A stretch of DNA of 64,000 nt. Source: Eledone cirrhosa (taxonomy: Eukaryota). Location of the stretch: assembly GCA_964016885.1 (NCBI GenBank), contig OZ024744.1, positions 117,738,001 to 117,802,000 of the forward strand. The letters are read 5' to 3'. A program made the position numbers and the translations under genes. How positions within the stretch are numbered: the first letter of the stretch is position 1; every line of letters starts with the position of its first letter. Positions 34,798-49,600 of the stretch are shown here, piece by piece. Below the pieces are notes generated by a model, which saw only the letters and a list, made by a program, of their open reading frames with translations, ran no database searches and was not told where the DNA came from.

Positions 34798-37689
34798 ATC
34801 ATCATCATCATCATCATCACCGTTTTACGTCCGTTCTTCCACGCTAGCATGGGTTAGACGGGTTGTCCTGTTGTGGGCAGTGTCTGGTCGGCTGACCATG
34901 CCTTGCTCATACAGGAACTGATCTGGCTTGATTTCTACAGCTGGATGCCCTTCCTAACACCAACCTCATTTACAGTGAGTGCTGGGTGCTTTTTCGTGGC
35001 GCCTACACGTCCACTTTACAGTGTGGGCTGGGTGCTTTTTTGCCGTGGCACCTCCACGACCACCTTGCGGTGGGGGGGGGGGGCATATTGTTTATATGCT
35101 TCAGCATGTACCCATGGGAGGTCGGGTACCCTGTATTACTGCGTGACGCCAGAAGTCACGGTCGTGTGTCATTGACTTTGAGAGGTGTAGTTGGGTAAGG
35201 TCGGCTTTTATCACCTCATCCCAAGTCATCTTGGGTCTCCCCACTCCGCGGTTTCCATCAACTTCTAGTGCTCTGCACCTTTTTATGCAGCTGTCATCCT
35301 TCATACGCATCACATGTCCATACCAGCGTAACCGCCTCTCCTGCACGCAGCATTTGATTCCTCTTATGCTCAGTCTCTCTCTCAATTCATTTATGCTTTG
35401 TCGTTCACGTATATTACTGTTACACATCCATCGGAGCATGCAGGCTTCGTTTCTCTCTAATCTACGTAAGTCTTCCACCTTCAGCGCCCAGGTCTCACTA
35501 CCATGCAACATCGCTGTTCGGATACACGCATCATACAGTCTGCCTTTCATTCTGAGGGAGAAGCCTTTTGCAGCTAGCAGTGGTAGTAGTTCCCTAAACT
35601 TCTTCCATCCCGTTCTTACCCTAGTTATTGTACTTTCTGAGCACCCACCTCCGTTGCTAATTCGGTCACCTAGGTAGCAGAAGCTGTCTACTGTTTCTAC
35701 AGGGCCCTCCCAGAGATTGGTGGTACTTGTTTCCTGTGGCTGTTTGCTTGCTGTTTCAGCACAGCTGCTGCATGTGAATCCTACATTCTTAATTAAGCTT
35801 CCTGAGATCCCGCTACATCTCTTGTGTACCCATTGTTTGCATTTGGGGCAAAGAATGGAGTTCCTACCTACACCTTTCCTACATACTGAGCAAGGCCATT
35901 TCCCTGAGGGGATCTGGGTTCTGTTTTCTCGTCTACTTATAAGGACCTTAGTCTTTGTCATGTTGACTTTGAGGCCCTTTCTCTCTAGTCCCTGCTTCCA
36001 GGTTTGGAATTTATTCTCTAGTTCTACCATAGATTCAGCTATGAGTGCAAGGTCATCAGCATACAGGAGTTCCCATGGGCATCCGGTCTTAAACTCCTCC
36101 GTTATTGCCTGCAGGACTATGATGAACAGGAGAGGGCTAAGAACAGAGCCCTGGTGGACCCCAACCTGTACGCTAAATTCATCGCTATACTCATTGCCAA
36201 TCCTAACTTTGCTGACTGCTCCCCTATACATGGCTTGTACCGCTTTCACAAGACATTCATCTACTCCTAGTTTTCTAAGAGCCCACCAGATTACTGCACG
36301 TGGAACTCTGTCAAAGGCTTTCTCAAGGTCGACAAATGCCAAGTAGAGTGGCTTACTTTTAGCTAGGTACTTTTCCTGTAATTGCCTCACAAGGAAGAGC
36401 GCATCAGTGGTGCCTTTCCCTGGTACAAACCCAAATTGCATCTCGTCTATATTCACCCGGTCCCTAATCAGCTGTGCTATAACTCTTTCTGTTACTTTCA
36501 TGACCTGGTCCATCAACTTTATACCTCTATAGTTTCCTCTATCTAGTGCATCGCCTTTACCTTTGTAGCAGTTGACAATGATGCTACTGCACCAGTCTTT
36601 TGGTATGGCCCCCTCTAGTATTACCTGGTTAACGATACGTGTGGTTATAGTGTGACCTACAGACCCAGATGCCTTCAGCATCTCGGCAGCTATACCCGAT
36701 GGACCGGTTGCCTTCCCTATCTTCATATCTCTGATTGCCTTACTTACTACGCTGCCGCTGACTTGTACTGCTGGTCCCTCTATAGGGTCTACGTGGGGTA
36801 GGGTCTCTTCTTCCCATGCATTCTCCTCATTTAGTAATCTATCATAATGACTCTTCCATGCATCTTTCTTCTCAGCACTTGTGAGGGCAAGCTCACCTTT
36901 ATCATTCCGGATACACTTCTCTCCAATGACATCACAACTATCTCTGACACACTGCCTCGCAATCTTGAATACCTCCTGTTTCTGGTCCTCACGTTGTAAA
37001 ACATGCTTGAATTTTCTATCCTCTGCTTCCCTCCTAGCTAAGTATACTTGTCGCCTAGCTTCCCTCTTGGTCTCTATGTAATGTACCCTGCTCCCCCCGT
37101 TCTTCCATTCTTTCCATGCCTGTCTCTTGGCCTTGACTGCTTCATCTACCTTATTGTTCCACCACCAAGTCACTCTCCTCCTGCTTGAGGTCTTACTCCA
37201 GCCACAAACCTCATCCGTCGCCTCTAGTAAGTTATTTTTTAGGAACTCCCAGTTCTCTTCTACGTTAAATGTCTCTATCTGTTCTTCTTTACTGTCGTAG
37301 GCGTTGAGTAAAATATCTTTAAATCTGTTACTGGTTGAGGGGACTTTCAGCTTCCAGGTCTTTCTTCTCCAGGTTGGCCTCTGTTTCAGGGCTCGTCTAG
37401 TTCTGACCGTGAGGTCGCTGACAACTAAGCTATGTTGGGATGTACATTCCTCACTAGGGAAGGCTTTTGTGTTTACGACCGTCCATCTGTCACGTCCTCT
37501 GATGAGGATAAAATCTAACTGACTAGAGTGCTCCCCTGATCTATAGGTGATCAGGTGGTTGTCGGGTTTTTTAAAGTTTGTGTTACATATCGACATGTCA
37601 TTGGCGTCGCAGAATTCTAGAAGTCTGAATCCTTCCTCATTCCTTGTGCCAACTCCATGGCCTCCATGTACTCTATTTAAGCCGTCGCA
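34798..37689 (-). mobile_element. 5'-truncated RTE LINE, family C, inserted in a satellite TA spacer
   Basis: Intact APE(part)-RT-PHD ORF ending at 35101; 300-bp 3' UTR; (ATG)n tail; no clear target-site duplication. Confidence 0.96.
35101..37689 (-). CDS. RTE APE-RT polyprotein with PHD finger, 5'-partial
   Basis: ORF track, 873 aa (the first 11 or so residues are satellite read-in). Confidence 0.9.
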   Translation of the reverse strand, partial: CDGLNRVHGGHGVGTRNEEGFRLLEFCDANDMSICNTNFKKPDNHLITYRSGEHSSQLDFILIRGRDRWTVVNTKAFPSEECTSQHSLVVSDLTVRTRRALKQRPTWRRKTWKLKVPSTSNRFKDILLNAYDSKEEQIETFNVEENWEFLKNNLLEATDEVCGWSKTSSRRRVTWWWNNKVDEAVKAKRQAWKEWKNGGSRVHYIETKREARRQVYLARREAEDRKFKHVLQREDQKQEVFKIARQCVRDSCDVIGEKCIRNDKGELALTSAEKKDAWKSHYDRLLNEENAWEEETLPHVDPIEGPAVQVSGSVVSKAIRDMKIGKATGPSGIAAEMLKASGSVGHTITTRIVNQVILEGAIPKDWCSSIIVNCYKGKGDALDRGNYRGIKLMDQVMKVTERVIAQLIRDRVNIDEMQFGFVPGKGTTDALFLVRQLQEKYLAKSKPLYLAFVDLEKAFDRVPRAVIWWALRKLGVDECLVKAVQAMYRGAVSKVRIGNEYSDEFSVQVGVHQGSVLSPLLFIIVLQAITEEFKTGCPWELLYADDLALIAESMVELENKFQTWKQGLERKGLKVNMTKTKVLISRRENRTQIPSGKWPCSVCRKGVGRNSILCPKCKQWVHKRCSGISGSLIKNVGFTCSSCAETASKQPQETSTTNLWEGPVETVDSFCYLGDRISNGGGCSESTITRVRTGWKKFRELLPLLAAKGFSLRMKGRLYDACIRTAMLHGSETWALKVEDLRRLERNEACMLRWMCNSNIRERQSINELRERLSIRGIKCCVQERRLRWYGHVMRMKDDSCIKRCRALEVDGNRGVGRPKMTWDEVIKADLTQLHLSKSMTHDRDFWRHAVIQGTRPPMGTC

Positions 37690-40600
37690 GTATATATATA
37701 GTTGTGATGTCACTGGTACCAAGCTGTATCAGACATTACCTTTCTCTTGGACAACATCATATATAATATATATATAGTATATATATAGTTGTGATGTCAC
37801 TGGTACCAAGCTGTATCAGACATTACCTTACCCTTGGACGACATCATATATAATATATATATAGTATATATATATAGTTGTGATGTCACTGGTACCAAGC
37901 TGTATCAGACATTACCTTTCCCTTGGACAACATCATATATAATATATATATATAGTATATATATAGTTGTGATGTCACTGGTACCAAGCTGTATCAGACA
38001 TTACCTTTCCCTCGGACAACATCATATATAATATATATAGTATATATATAGTTGTGATGTCACTGGTACCAAGCTGTATCAGACATTACCTTTCCCTTGG
38101 ACAACATCATATATAATATATATAGTATATATATAGTTGTGATGTCACTGGTACCAAGCTGTATCAGACATAACCTTTCCCTTGGACAACATCATATATA
38201 ATATATATATAGTATATATATAGTTGTGATGTCACTGGTACCAAGCTGTATCAGACATTACCTTTCTCTTGGACAACATCATATATAATATATATATAGT
38301 ATATATATAGTTGTGATGTCACTGGTACCAAGCTGTATCAGACATTACCTTTCTCTTGGACAACATCATATATAATATATATAGTATATATATAGTTGTG
38401 ATGTCATTGGTACCAAGCTGTATCAGACATTACCTGTCCCTTGGACAACATCATATATAATATATATAGTATATATATATAGTTGTGATGTCACTGGTAC
38501 CAAGCTGTATCAGACATTACCTTTCTCTTGGACAACATCATATATATAATATATATATAGTATATATATAGTTGTGATGTCACTGGTACCAAGCTGTATC
38601 AGACATTACCTGTCCCTTGGACAACATCATATATAATATATATAGTATATATATAGTTGTGATGTCACTGGTACCAAGCTGTATCAGACATTACCTTTCT
38701 CTTGGACAACATCATATATATAATATATATATAGTATATATATAGTTGTGATGTCACTGGTACCAAGCTGTATCAGACATTACCTTTCCCTTGGACAACA
38801 TCATATATAATATATATAGTATATATATAGTTCTGATGTCACTGGTACCAAGCTGTATCAGACATTACCTGTCCCTTGGACAACATCATATATAATATAT
38901 ATAGTATATATATAGTTCTGATGTCACTGGTACCAAGCTGTATCAGACATTACCTTTCTCTTGGACAACATCATATATATAATATATATATAGTATATAT
39001 ATAGTTGTGATGTCACTGGTACCAAGCTGTATCAGACATTACCTTTCCCTTGGACAGCATCATATATAATATATATAGTATATATATAGTTGTGATGTCA
39101 CTGGTACCAAGCTGTATCAGACATTACCTGTCCCTTGGACAACATCATATATAATATATATAGTATATATATATAGTTGTGATGTCACTGGTACCAAGCT
39201 GTATCAGACATTACCTGTCCCTTGGACAACATCATATATAATATATATAGTATATATATAGTTGTGATGTCACTGGTACCAAGCTGTATCAGACATTACC
39301 TTTCCCTTGGACAACATCATATATAATATATATATAGTATATATATAGTTGTGATGTCACTGGTACCAAGCTGTATCAGACATTACCTTTCCCTTGGACA
39401 ACATCATATATAATATATATATAGTATATATATAGTTGTGATGTCACTGGTACCAAGCTGTATCAGACATTACCTTTCCCTTGGACAACATCATATATAA
39501 TATATATATAGTATATATATAGTTGTGATGTCACTGGTACCAAGCTGTATCAGACATTACCTTTCTCTTGGACAACATCATATATAATATATATATAGTA
39601 TATATATAGTTGTGATGTCACTGGTACCAAGCTGTATCAGACATTACCTTTCTCTTGGACAACATCATATATAATATATATATAGTATATATATAGTTGT
39701 GATGTCACTGGTACCAAGCTGTATCTGACATTACCTTTCTCTTGGACAACATCATATATAATATATATAATATATATAGTTGTGATGTCACTGGTACCAA
39801 GCTGTATCAGACATTACCTTTCTCTTGGACAACATCATATATAATATATATAGTATATATATAGTTGTGATGTCACTGGTACCAAGCTGTATCAGACATT
39901 ACCTTTCCCTTGGACAACATCATATATAATATATATATAGTATATATATATAGTTGTGATGTCACTGGTACCAAGCTGTATCAGACATTACCTTTCTCTT
40001 GGACAACATCATATATAATATATATATAGTATATATATAGTTGTGATGTCACTGGTACCAAGCTGTATCAGACATTACCTTTCTCTTGGACAACATCATA
40101 TATAATATATATAGTATATATATAGTTGTGATGTCACTGGTACCAAGCTGTATCAGACATTACCTTTCTCTTGGACAACATCATATATATAATATTTATA
40201 TAGTATATATATAGTTGTGATGTCACTGGTACCAAGCTGTATCAGACATTACCTTTCTCTTGGACAACATCATATATAATATATATAGAATATATATAGT
40301 TCTGATGTCACTGGTACCAAGCTGTATCAGACATTACCTTTCTCTTGGACAACATCATATATATAATATATATATAGTATATATATAGTTGTGATGTCAC
40401 TGGTACCAAGCTGTATCAGACATTACCTTTCTCTTGGACAACATCATATATAATATATATAGTATATATATAGTTGTGATGTCACTGGTACCAAGCTGTA
40501 TCAGACATTACCTTTCCCTTGGACAACATCATATATAATATATATAGTATATATATAGTTGTGATGTCACTGGTACCAAGCTGTTTCAGACATTACCTTT

Positions 40601-43600
40601 CCCTTGGACAACATCATATATAATATATATATAGTATATATATAGTTGTGATGTCACTGGTACCAAGCTGTATCAAACATTACCTTTCCCTTGGACAACA
40701 TCATATATAATATATATATAGTATATATATAGTTGTGATGTCACTGGTACCAAGCTGTATCAGACATTACCTTTCCCTTACACAACATCATATATAATAT
40801 ATATAGTATATATATAGTTGTGATGTCACTGGTACCAAACTGTATCAGACATTACCTTTCTCTTGGATAACATCATATATATAATATATATATAGTATAT
40901 ATATAGTTGTGATGTCACTGGTACCAAGCTGTATCAGACATTACCTTTCCCTTGGACAACATCTTATATAATATATATATAGTATATATATAGTTGTGAT
41001 GTCACTGGTACCAAGCTGTATCAGATATTACCTTTCTCTTGGACGACATCATATAATATATATAGTATATATATAGTTGTGATGTCACTGGTACCAAGCT
41101 GTATCAGACATTACCTTTCCCTTGGACAACATCATATATAATATATATAGTATATATATAGTTGTGATGTCACTGGTACCAAGCTGTATCAGACATTACC
41201 TTTCTCTTGGACAACATCATATATATAATATATATATAGTATATATATAGTTGTGATGTCACTGGTACCAAGCTGTATCAGACATTACCTTTCTCTTGGA
41301 CAACATCATATATAATATATATAGTATATATATATTTGTGATGTCACTGGTACCAAGCTGTATCAGACATTACCTTTCCCTTGGACAACATCATATATAA
41401 TATATATATAGTATATATATAGTTGTGATGTCACTGGTACCAAGCTGTATCAGACATTACCTTTCCCTTGGACAACATCATATATAATATATATATAGTA
41501 TATATATAGTTGTGATGTCACTGGTACCAAGCTGTATCAGACATTACCTTTCTCTTGGACAACATCATATATAATATATATAGTATATATATAGTTGTGA
41601 TGTCACTGGTACCAAGCTGTATCAGACATTACCTTTCTCTTGGACAACATCATATATATAATATATATATAGTATATATATAGTTGTGATGTCACTGGTA
41701 CCAAGCTGTATCAGACATTACCTTTCTCTTGGACAACATCATATAATATATATATAGTATATATATAGTTGTGATGTCACTGGTACCAAGCTGTATCAGA
41801 CATTACTTTTCTCTTGGACAACATCATATATAATATATATAGTATATATATAGTTGTGACGTCACTGGTACCAAGCTGTATCAGACATTACCTTTCCCTT
41901 GGACAACATCATATATAATATATATATATAATATATATATAGTTGTGATGTCACTGGTACCAAGCTGTATCAGACATTACCTTTCCCTCGGACAACATCA
42001 TATATAATATATATAGTATATATATAGTTGTGATGTCACTGGTACCAAGCTGTATCAGACATTACCTTTCCCTTGGACAACATCATATATAATATATATA
42101 TATAGTATATATATAGTTGTGATGTTACTGGTACCAAGCTGTATCAGACATTACCTGTCCCTTGGACAGCATCATATATAATATATATAGTATATATATA
42201 GTTGTGATGTCACTGGTACCAAGCTGTATCAGACATTACCTTTCCCTTGGACAACATCATATATAATATATATATAGTATATATATAGTTGTGATGTCAC
42301 TGGTACCAAGCTATATCAAACATTACCCTTCTCTTGGAGAACATCATATACAATATATATATATAGTATATATATAGTTGTGATGTCACTGGTACCAAGC
42401 TGTATCAGACATTACCTTTCCCTTGGACAACATCATATATAATATATATATAGTATATATATAGTTGTCATGTCACTGGTACCAAGCTGTATCAGACATT
42501 ACCTTACCCTTGGACGACATCATATATAATATATATATAGTATATATATATAGTTGTGATATCACTGGTACCAAGCTGTATCAGACATTACCTTTCCCTT
42601 GGACAACATCATATATAATATATATAGTATATATATAGTTGTGATGTCACTGGTACCAAGCTGTATCAGACATTACCTTTCTCTTGGACAACATCATATA
42701 TAATATATATAGTATATATATAGTTGTGATGTCACTGGTACCAAGCTGTATCAGACATTACCTTTCCCTTGGACAACATCATATATAATATATATAGTAT
42801 ATATATAGTTGTGATGTCACTGGTACCAAGCTGTATCAAACATTACCTTTCCCTTACACAACATCATATATAATATATATATATAGTTGTGATGTTACTG
42901 GTACCAAGCTGTATCAGACATTACCTTTCCCTTGGACAACATCACATATAATATATATATATAGTATATATATAGTTGTGATGTTACTGGTACCAAGCTA
43001 TATCAGACATTACCTTTCCCTTGGACAACATCATATATAATATATATATATAGTATATATATAGTTGTGATGTCACTGGTACCAAGCTGTATCAGACATT
43101 ACCCTTCTCTTGGACAACATCATATACAATATATATATATAGTATATATATAGTTGTGATGTCACTGGTACCAAGCTGTATCAGACATTACCTTTCCCTT
43201 GGACAACATCATATATAATATATATATAGTATATATATAGTTGTGATGTCACTGGTACCAAGCTGTATCAGACATTACCTTTCTCTTGGACAACATCATA
43301 TATAATATATATAGAATATATATAGTTGTGATGTCACTGGTACCAAGCTGTATCAGACATTACCTTTCTCTTGGACAACATCATATATATAATATATATA
43401 TAGTATATATATAGTTGTGATGTCACTGGTACCAAGCTGTATCAGACATTACCTTTCTCTTGGACAACATCATATATAATATATATAGTATATATATAGT
43501 TGTGATGTCACTGGTACCAAGCTGTATCTGATATTACCTTTCTCTTGGACAACATCATATATAATATATATAGTATATATATAGCTGTGATGTCACTGGT

Positions 43601-46600
43601 ACCAAACTGTATCAGACATTACCTTTCCCTTGGACAACATCTTATATAATATATATATAGTATATATATAGTTGTGATGTCACTGGTACCAAGCTGTATC
43701 AGACATTACCTTTCTCTTGGACAACATCATATATATAATATATATATAGTATATATATAGTTGTGATGTCACTGGTACCAAGCTGTATCAGACATTACCT
43801 TTCCCTTGGACAACATCATATATAATATATATATAGTATATATATAGTTGTGATGTCACTGGTACCAAGCTGTATCAAACATTACCTTTCCCTTGGACAA
43901 CATCATATATAATATATATATAGTATATATATAGTTGTGATGTCACTGGTACCAAGCTGTATCAGACATTACCTTTCCCTTACACAACATCATATATAAT
44001 ATATATAGTATATATATAGTTGTGATGTCACTGGTACCAAACTGTATCAGACATTACCTTTCCCTTGGACAACATCTTATATAATATATATATAGTATAT
44101 ATATAGTTGTGATGTCACTGGTACCAAGCTGTATCAGATATTACCTTTCTCTTGGACGACATCATATAATATATATAGTATATATATAGTTGTGATGTCA
44201 CTGGTACCAAGCTGTATCAGACATTACCTTTCCCTTGGACAACATCATATATAATATATATAGTATATATATAGTTGTGATGTCACTGGTACCAAACTGT
44301 ATCAGATATTACCTTTCCCTTGGACAACATCATATATAATATATATAGTATATATATAGTTGTGATGTCACTGGTACCAAGCTGTATCAGACATTACCTT
44401 TCCCTTGGACAACATCATATATAATATATATAGTATATATATAGTTGTGATGTCACTGGTACCAAGCTGTTTCAGACATTACCTTTCCCTTGGACAACAT
44501 CATATATAATATATATATAGTATATATATAGTTGTGATGTCACTGGTACCAAGCTGTATCAGATATTACCTTTCTCTTGGACAACATCATATATATAATA
44601 TATATATAGTATATATATAGTTGTGATGTCACTGGTACCAAGCTGTATCAGATATTACCTTTCTCTTGGACAACATCATATATAATATATATAGTATATA
44701 TATAGTTGTGACGTCACTGGTACCAAGCTGTATCAGACATTACCTTTCCCTTGGACAACATCATATATAATATATATATAGTATATATATAGTTGTGATG
44801 TCACTGGTACCAAGCTGTATCAAACATTACCTTTCCCTTACATAACATCATATATAATATATATATATAGTTGTGATGTTACTGGTACCAAGCTGTATCA
44901 GACATTACCCTTCTCTTGGACAACATCATATACAATATATATATATAGTATATATATAGTTGTGATGTCACTGGTACCAAGCTGTATAAGACATTACCTT
45001 TCCCTTGGACAACATCATATATAATATATATATAGTATATATATATAGTTGTGATGTCACTGGTACCAAGCTGTATCAGACATTACCTTTCCCTTGGACA
45101 ACATCATATATAATATATATATATAGTATATATATAGTTGTGATGTCACTGGTACCAAGCTGTATCAGACATTACCTTTCCCTTGGACAACATCATATAT
45201 AATATATATATATAGTATATATATAGTTGTGATGTCACTGGTACCAAGCTGTATCAAACATTACCTTTCCCTTACATAACATCATATATAATATATATAT
45301 ATAGTTGTGATGTTACTGGTACCAAGCTGTATCAGACATTACCCTTCTCTTGGACAACATCATATACAATATATATATATAGTATATATATAGTTGTGAT
45401 GTCACTGGTACCAAGCTGTATCAGACATTACCTTTCTCTTGGACAACATCATATATAATATATATATAGTATATATATAGTTGTGATGTCACTGGTACCA
45501 AGCTGTATCAGACATTACCTTTCTCTTGGACAACATCATATATAATATATATATAGTATATATATAGTTGTGATGTCACTGGTACCAAACTGTATCAGAC
45601 ATTACCTTTCTCTTGGACAACATCATATATAATATATATAGAATATATATAGTTGTGATGTCACTGGTACCAAGCTGTATCAGACATTACCTTTCCCTTG
45701 GACAACATCATATATAATATATATAGTATATATATAGTTGTGATGTCACTGGTACCAAGCTGTATCAGACATTACCTTTCTCTTGGACAACATCATATAT
45801 AATATATATAGAATATATATAGTTGTGATGTCACTGGTACCAAGCTGTATCAGACATTACCTTTCCCTTGGACAACATCATATATAATATATATATAGTA
45901 TATATATAGTTGTGATGTCACTGGTACCAAGCTGTATCAGACATTACCTTTCCCTTGGACAACATCATATATAATATATATATAGTATATATATAGTTGT
46001 GATGTCACTGGTACCAAGCTGTATCAGACATTACCTGTCCCTTGGACAACATCATATATAATATATATATAGTATATATATAGCTGTGATGTCACTGGTA
46101 CCAAGCTGTATCAGACATTACCTTTCCCTTGGACAACATCATATATATAATATATATATAGTATATATATAGTTGTGATGTCACTGGTACCAAGCTGTAT
46201 CAGACATTACCTGTCCCTTGGACAACATCATATATAATATATATAGTATATATATAGTTGTGATGTCACTGGTACCAAGCTGTATCAGACATTACCTGTC
46301 CCTTGGACAACATCATATATAATATATATAGTATATATATAGTTGTGATGTCACTGGTACCAAGCTGTATCAGACATTACCTGTCCCTTGGACAACATCA
46401 TATATAATATATATAGTATATATATAGTTGTGATGTCACTGGTACCAAGCTGTATCAGACATAACCTTACCCTTGGACAACATCATATATAATATATATA
46501 TAGTATATATATAGTTCTGATGTCACTGGTACCAAGCTGTATCAGACATTACCTTACCCTTGGACAACATCATATATAATATATATATATAGTATATATA

Positions 46601-49600
46601 TAGTTGTAATGTCACTGGTACCAAGCTGTATCAGACATAACCTTACCCTTGGTCAACATCATATATAATATATATATAGTATATATATAGTTGTGATGTC
46701 ACTGGTACCAAGCTGTATCAGACATTACCTTACCCTTGGACAACATCATATATAATATATATATAGTATATATATAGTTGTGATGTCACTGGTACCAAGC
46801 TGTATCAGACATTACCTCTGCCTTGGACAACATCATATATAATATATATAGTATATATATAGTTGTGATGTCACTGGTACCAAGCTGTATTAGACATTAC
46901 CTCTGCCTTGGACAACATCATATATAATATATATAGTATATATATAGTTGTGATGTCACTGGTACCAAGCTGTATCAGACATTACCTTTCTCTTGGACAA
47001 CATCATATATAATATATATAGTATATATATAGTTGTGATGGCACTGGTACCAAGCTGTATCAGACATTACCTTTCTCTTGGACAACATTATATATAATAT
47101 ATATAGTATATATATAGTTGTGATGTCACTGGTACCAAGCTGTTTCAGACATTACCTTTCCCTTGGACAACATCATATATATAATATATATAATATATAT
47201 ATAGTTGTGATGTCACTGGTACCAAGCTGTATCAGACATTACCTTTCTCTTGGACATCATATATAATATATATAGTATATATATAGTTGTGATGTCACTG
47301 GTACCAAGCTGTTTCAGACATTACCTTTCCCTTGGACAACATCATATATAATATATATAGTATATATATAGTTGTGATGTCACAGGTACCAAACTGTATC
47401 AGACATTACCTTTCCCTTACACAACATCATATATAATATATATAGTATATATATAGTTGTGATGTCACTGGTACCAAGCTGTATCAGACATTACCTTTCT
47501 CTTGGACAACATCATATATATAATATATATATAGTATATATATAGTTGTGATGTCACTGGTACCAAGCTGTATCAGACATTACCTTACCCTTGGACAACA
47601 TCATATATAATATATATAGTATATATATAGTTGTGATGTCAGTGGTACCAAGCTGTATCAGACATTACCTTTCCCTTGGACAACATCATATATAATATAT
47701 ATATAGTATATATATAGTTGTGATGTCACTGGTACCAAGCTGTATCAGACATTACCTTTCCCTTACACAACATCATATATAATATATATAGTATATATAT
47801 AGTTGTGATGTCACTGGTACCAAACTGTATCAGACATTACCTTTCCCTTGGACAACATCTTATATAATATATATATAGTATATATATAGTTGTGATGTCA
47901 CTGGTACCAAGCTGTATCAGATATTACCTTTCTCTTGGACGACATCATATAATATATATATAGTATATATATAGTTGTGATGTCACTGGTACCAAGCTGT
48001 ATCAGATATTACCTTTCTCTTGGACAACATCATATATATAATATATATATAGTATATATATAGTTGTGATGTCACTGGTACCAAGCTGTATCAGACATTA
48101 CCTTTCTCTTGGACAACATCATATATAATATATATAGTATATATATAGTTGTGACGTCACTGGTACCAAGCTGTATCAGACATTACTTTTCTCTTGGACA
48201 ACATCATATATAATATATATAGTATATATATAGTTGTGACGTCACTGGTACCAAGCTGTATCAGACATTACCTTTCCCTTGGACAACATCATATATAATA
48301 TATATATATAGTATATATATAGTTGTGATGTCACTGGTACCAAGCTGTATCAGACATTACCTTTCCCTTGGACAACATCATATATAATATATATATATAG
48401 TATATATATAGTTGTGATGTTACTGGTACCAAGCTGTATCAGACATTACCTGTCCCTTGGACAACATCATATATAATATATATATTATATATATAGTTGT
48501 GATGTCACTGGTACCAAGCTGTATCAGACATTACCTTTCTCTTGGAGAACATCATATATAATATATATAGTATATATATAGTTGTGATGTCACTGGTACC
48601 AAGCTGTATCAGACATTACCCTTCTCTTGGACAACATCATATACAATATATATATATAGTATATATATAGTTGTGATGTCACTGGTACCAAGCTGTATCA
48701 GACATTACCTTTCCCTTGGACAACATCATATATAATATATATATATAGTATATATATAGTTGTGATGTTACTGGTACCAAGCTGTATCAGACATTACCTG
48801 TCCCTTGGACAACATCATATATAATATATATATTATATATATAGTTGTGATGTCACTGGTACCAAGCTGTATCAGACATTACCTTTCTCTTGGAGAACAT
48901 CATATATAATATATATAGTATATATATAGTTGTGATGTCACTGGTACCAAGCTGTATCAGACATTACCCTTCTCTTGGACAACATCATATACAATATATA
49001 TATATAGTATATATATAGTTGTGATGTCACTGGTACCAAGCTGTATCAGACATTACCTTTCCCTTGGACAACATCATATATAATATATATATAGTATATA
49101 TATAGTTGTGATGTCACTGGTACCAAGCTGTATCAGACATTACCTTTCTCTTGGACAACATCATATATAACATATATAGAATGTATATAGTTGTGATGTC
49201 ACTGGTACCAAGCTGTATCAGACATTACCTTTCCCTTGGACAACATCACATATAATATATATAGTATATATATAGTTGTGATGTCACTGGTACCAAGCTG
49301 TATCAGACATTACCTTTTTCTTGGACGACATCATATAATATATATAGTATATATATAGTTGTGATGTCACTGGTACCAAGCTGTATCAAACATTACCTGT
49401 CCCTTGGACAACATCATATATAATATATATAGTATATATATAGTTGTGATGTCACTGGTACCAAGCTGTATCCGACATTACCTTTCTCTTGGACGACATC
49501 ATATAATATATATAGTATATATATAGTTGTGATGTCACTGGTACCAAGCTGTATCAAACATTACCTTTCCCTTGGACAACATCATATATAATATATATAG

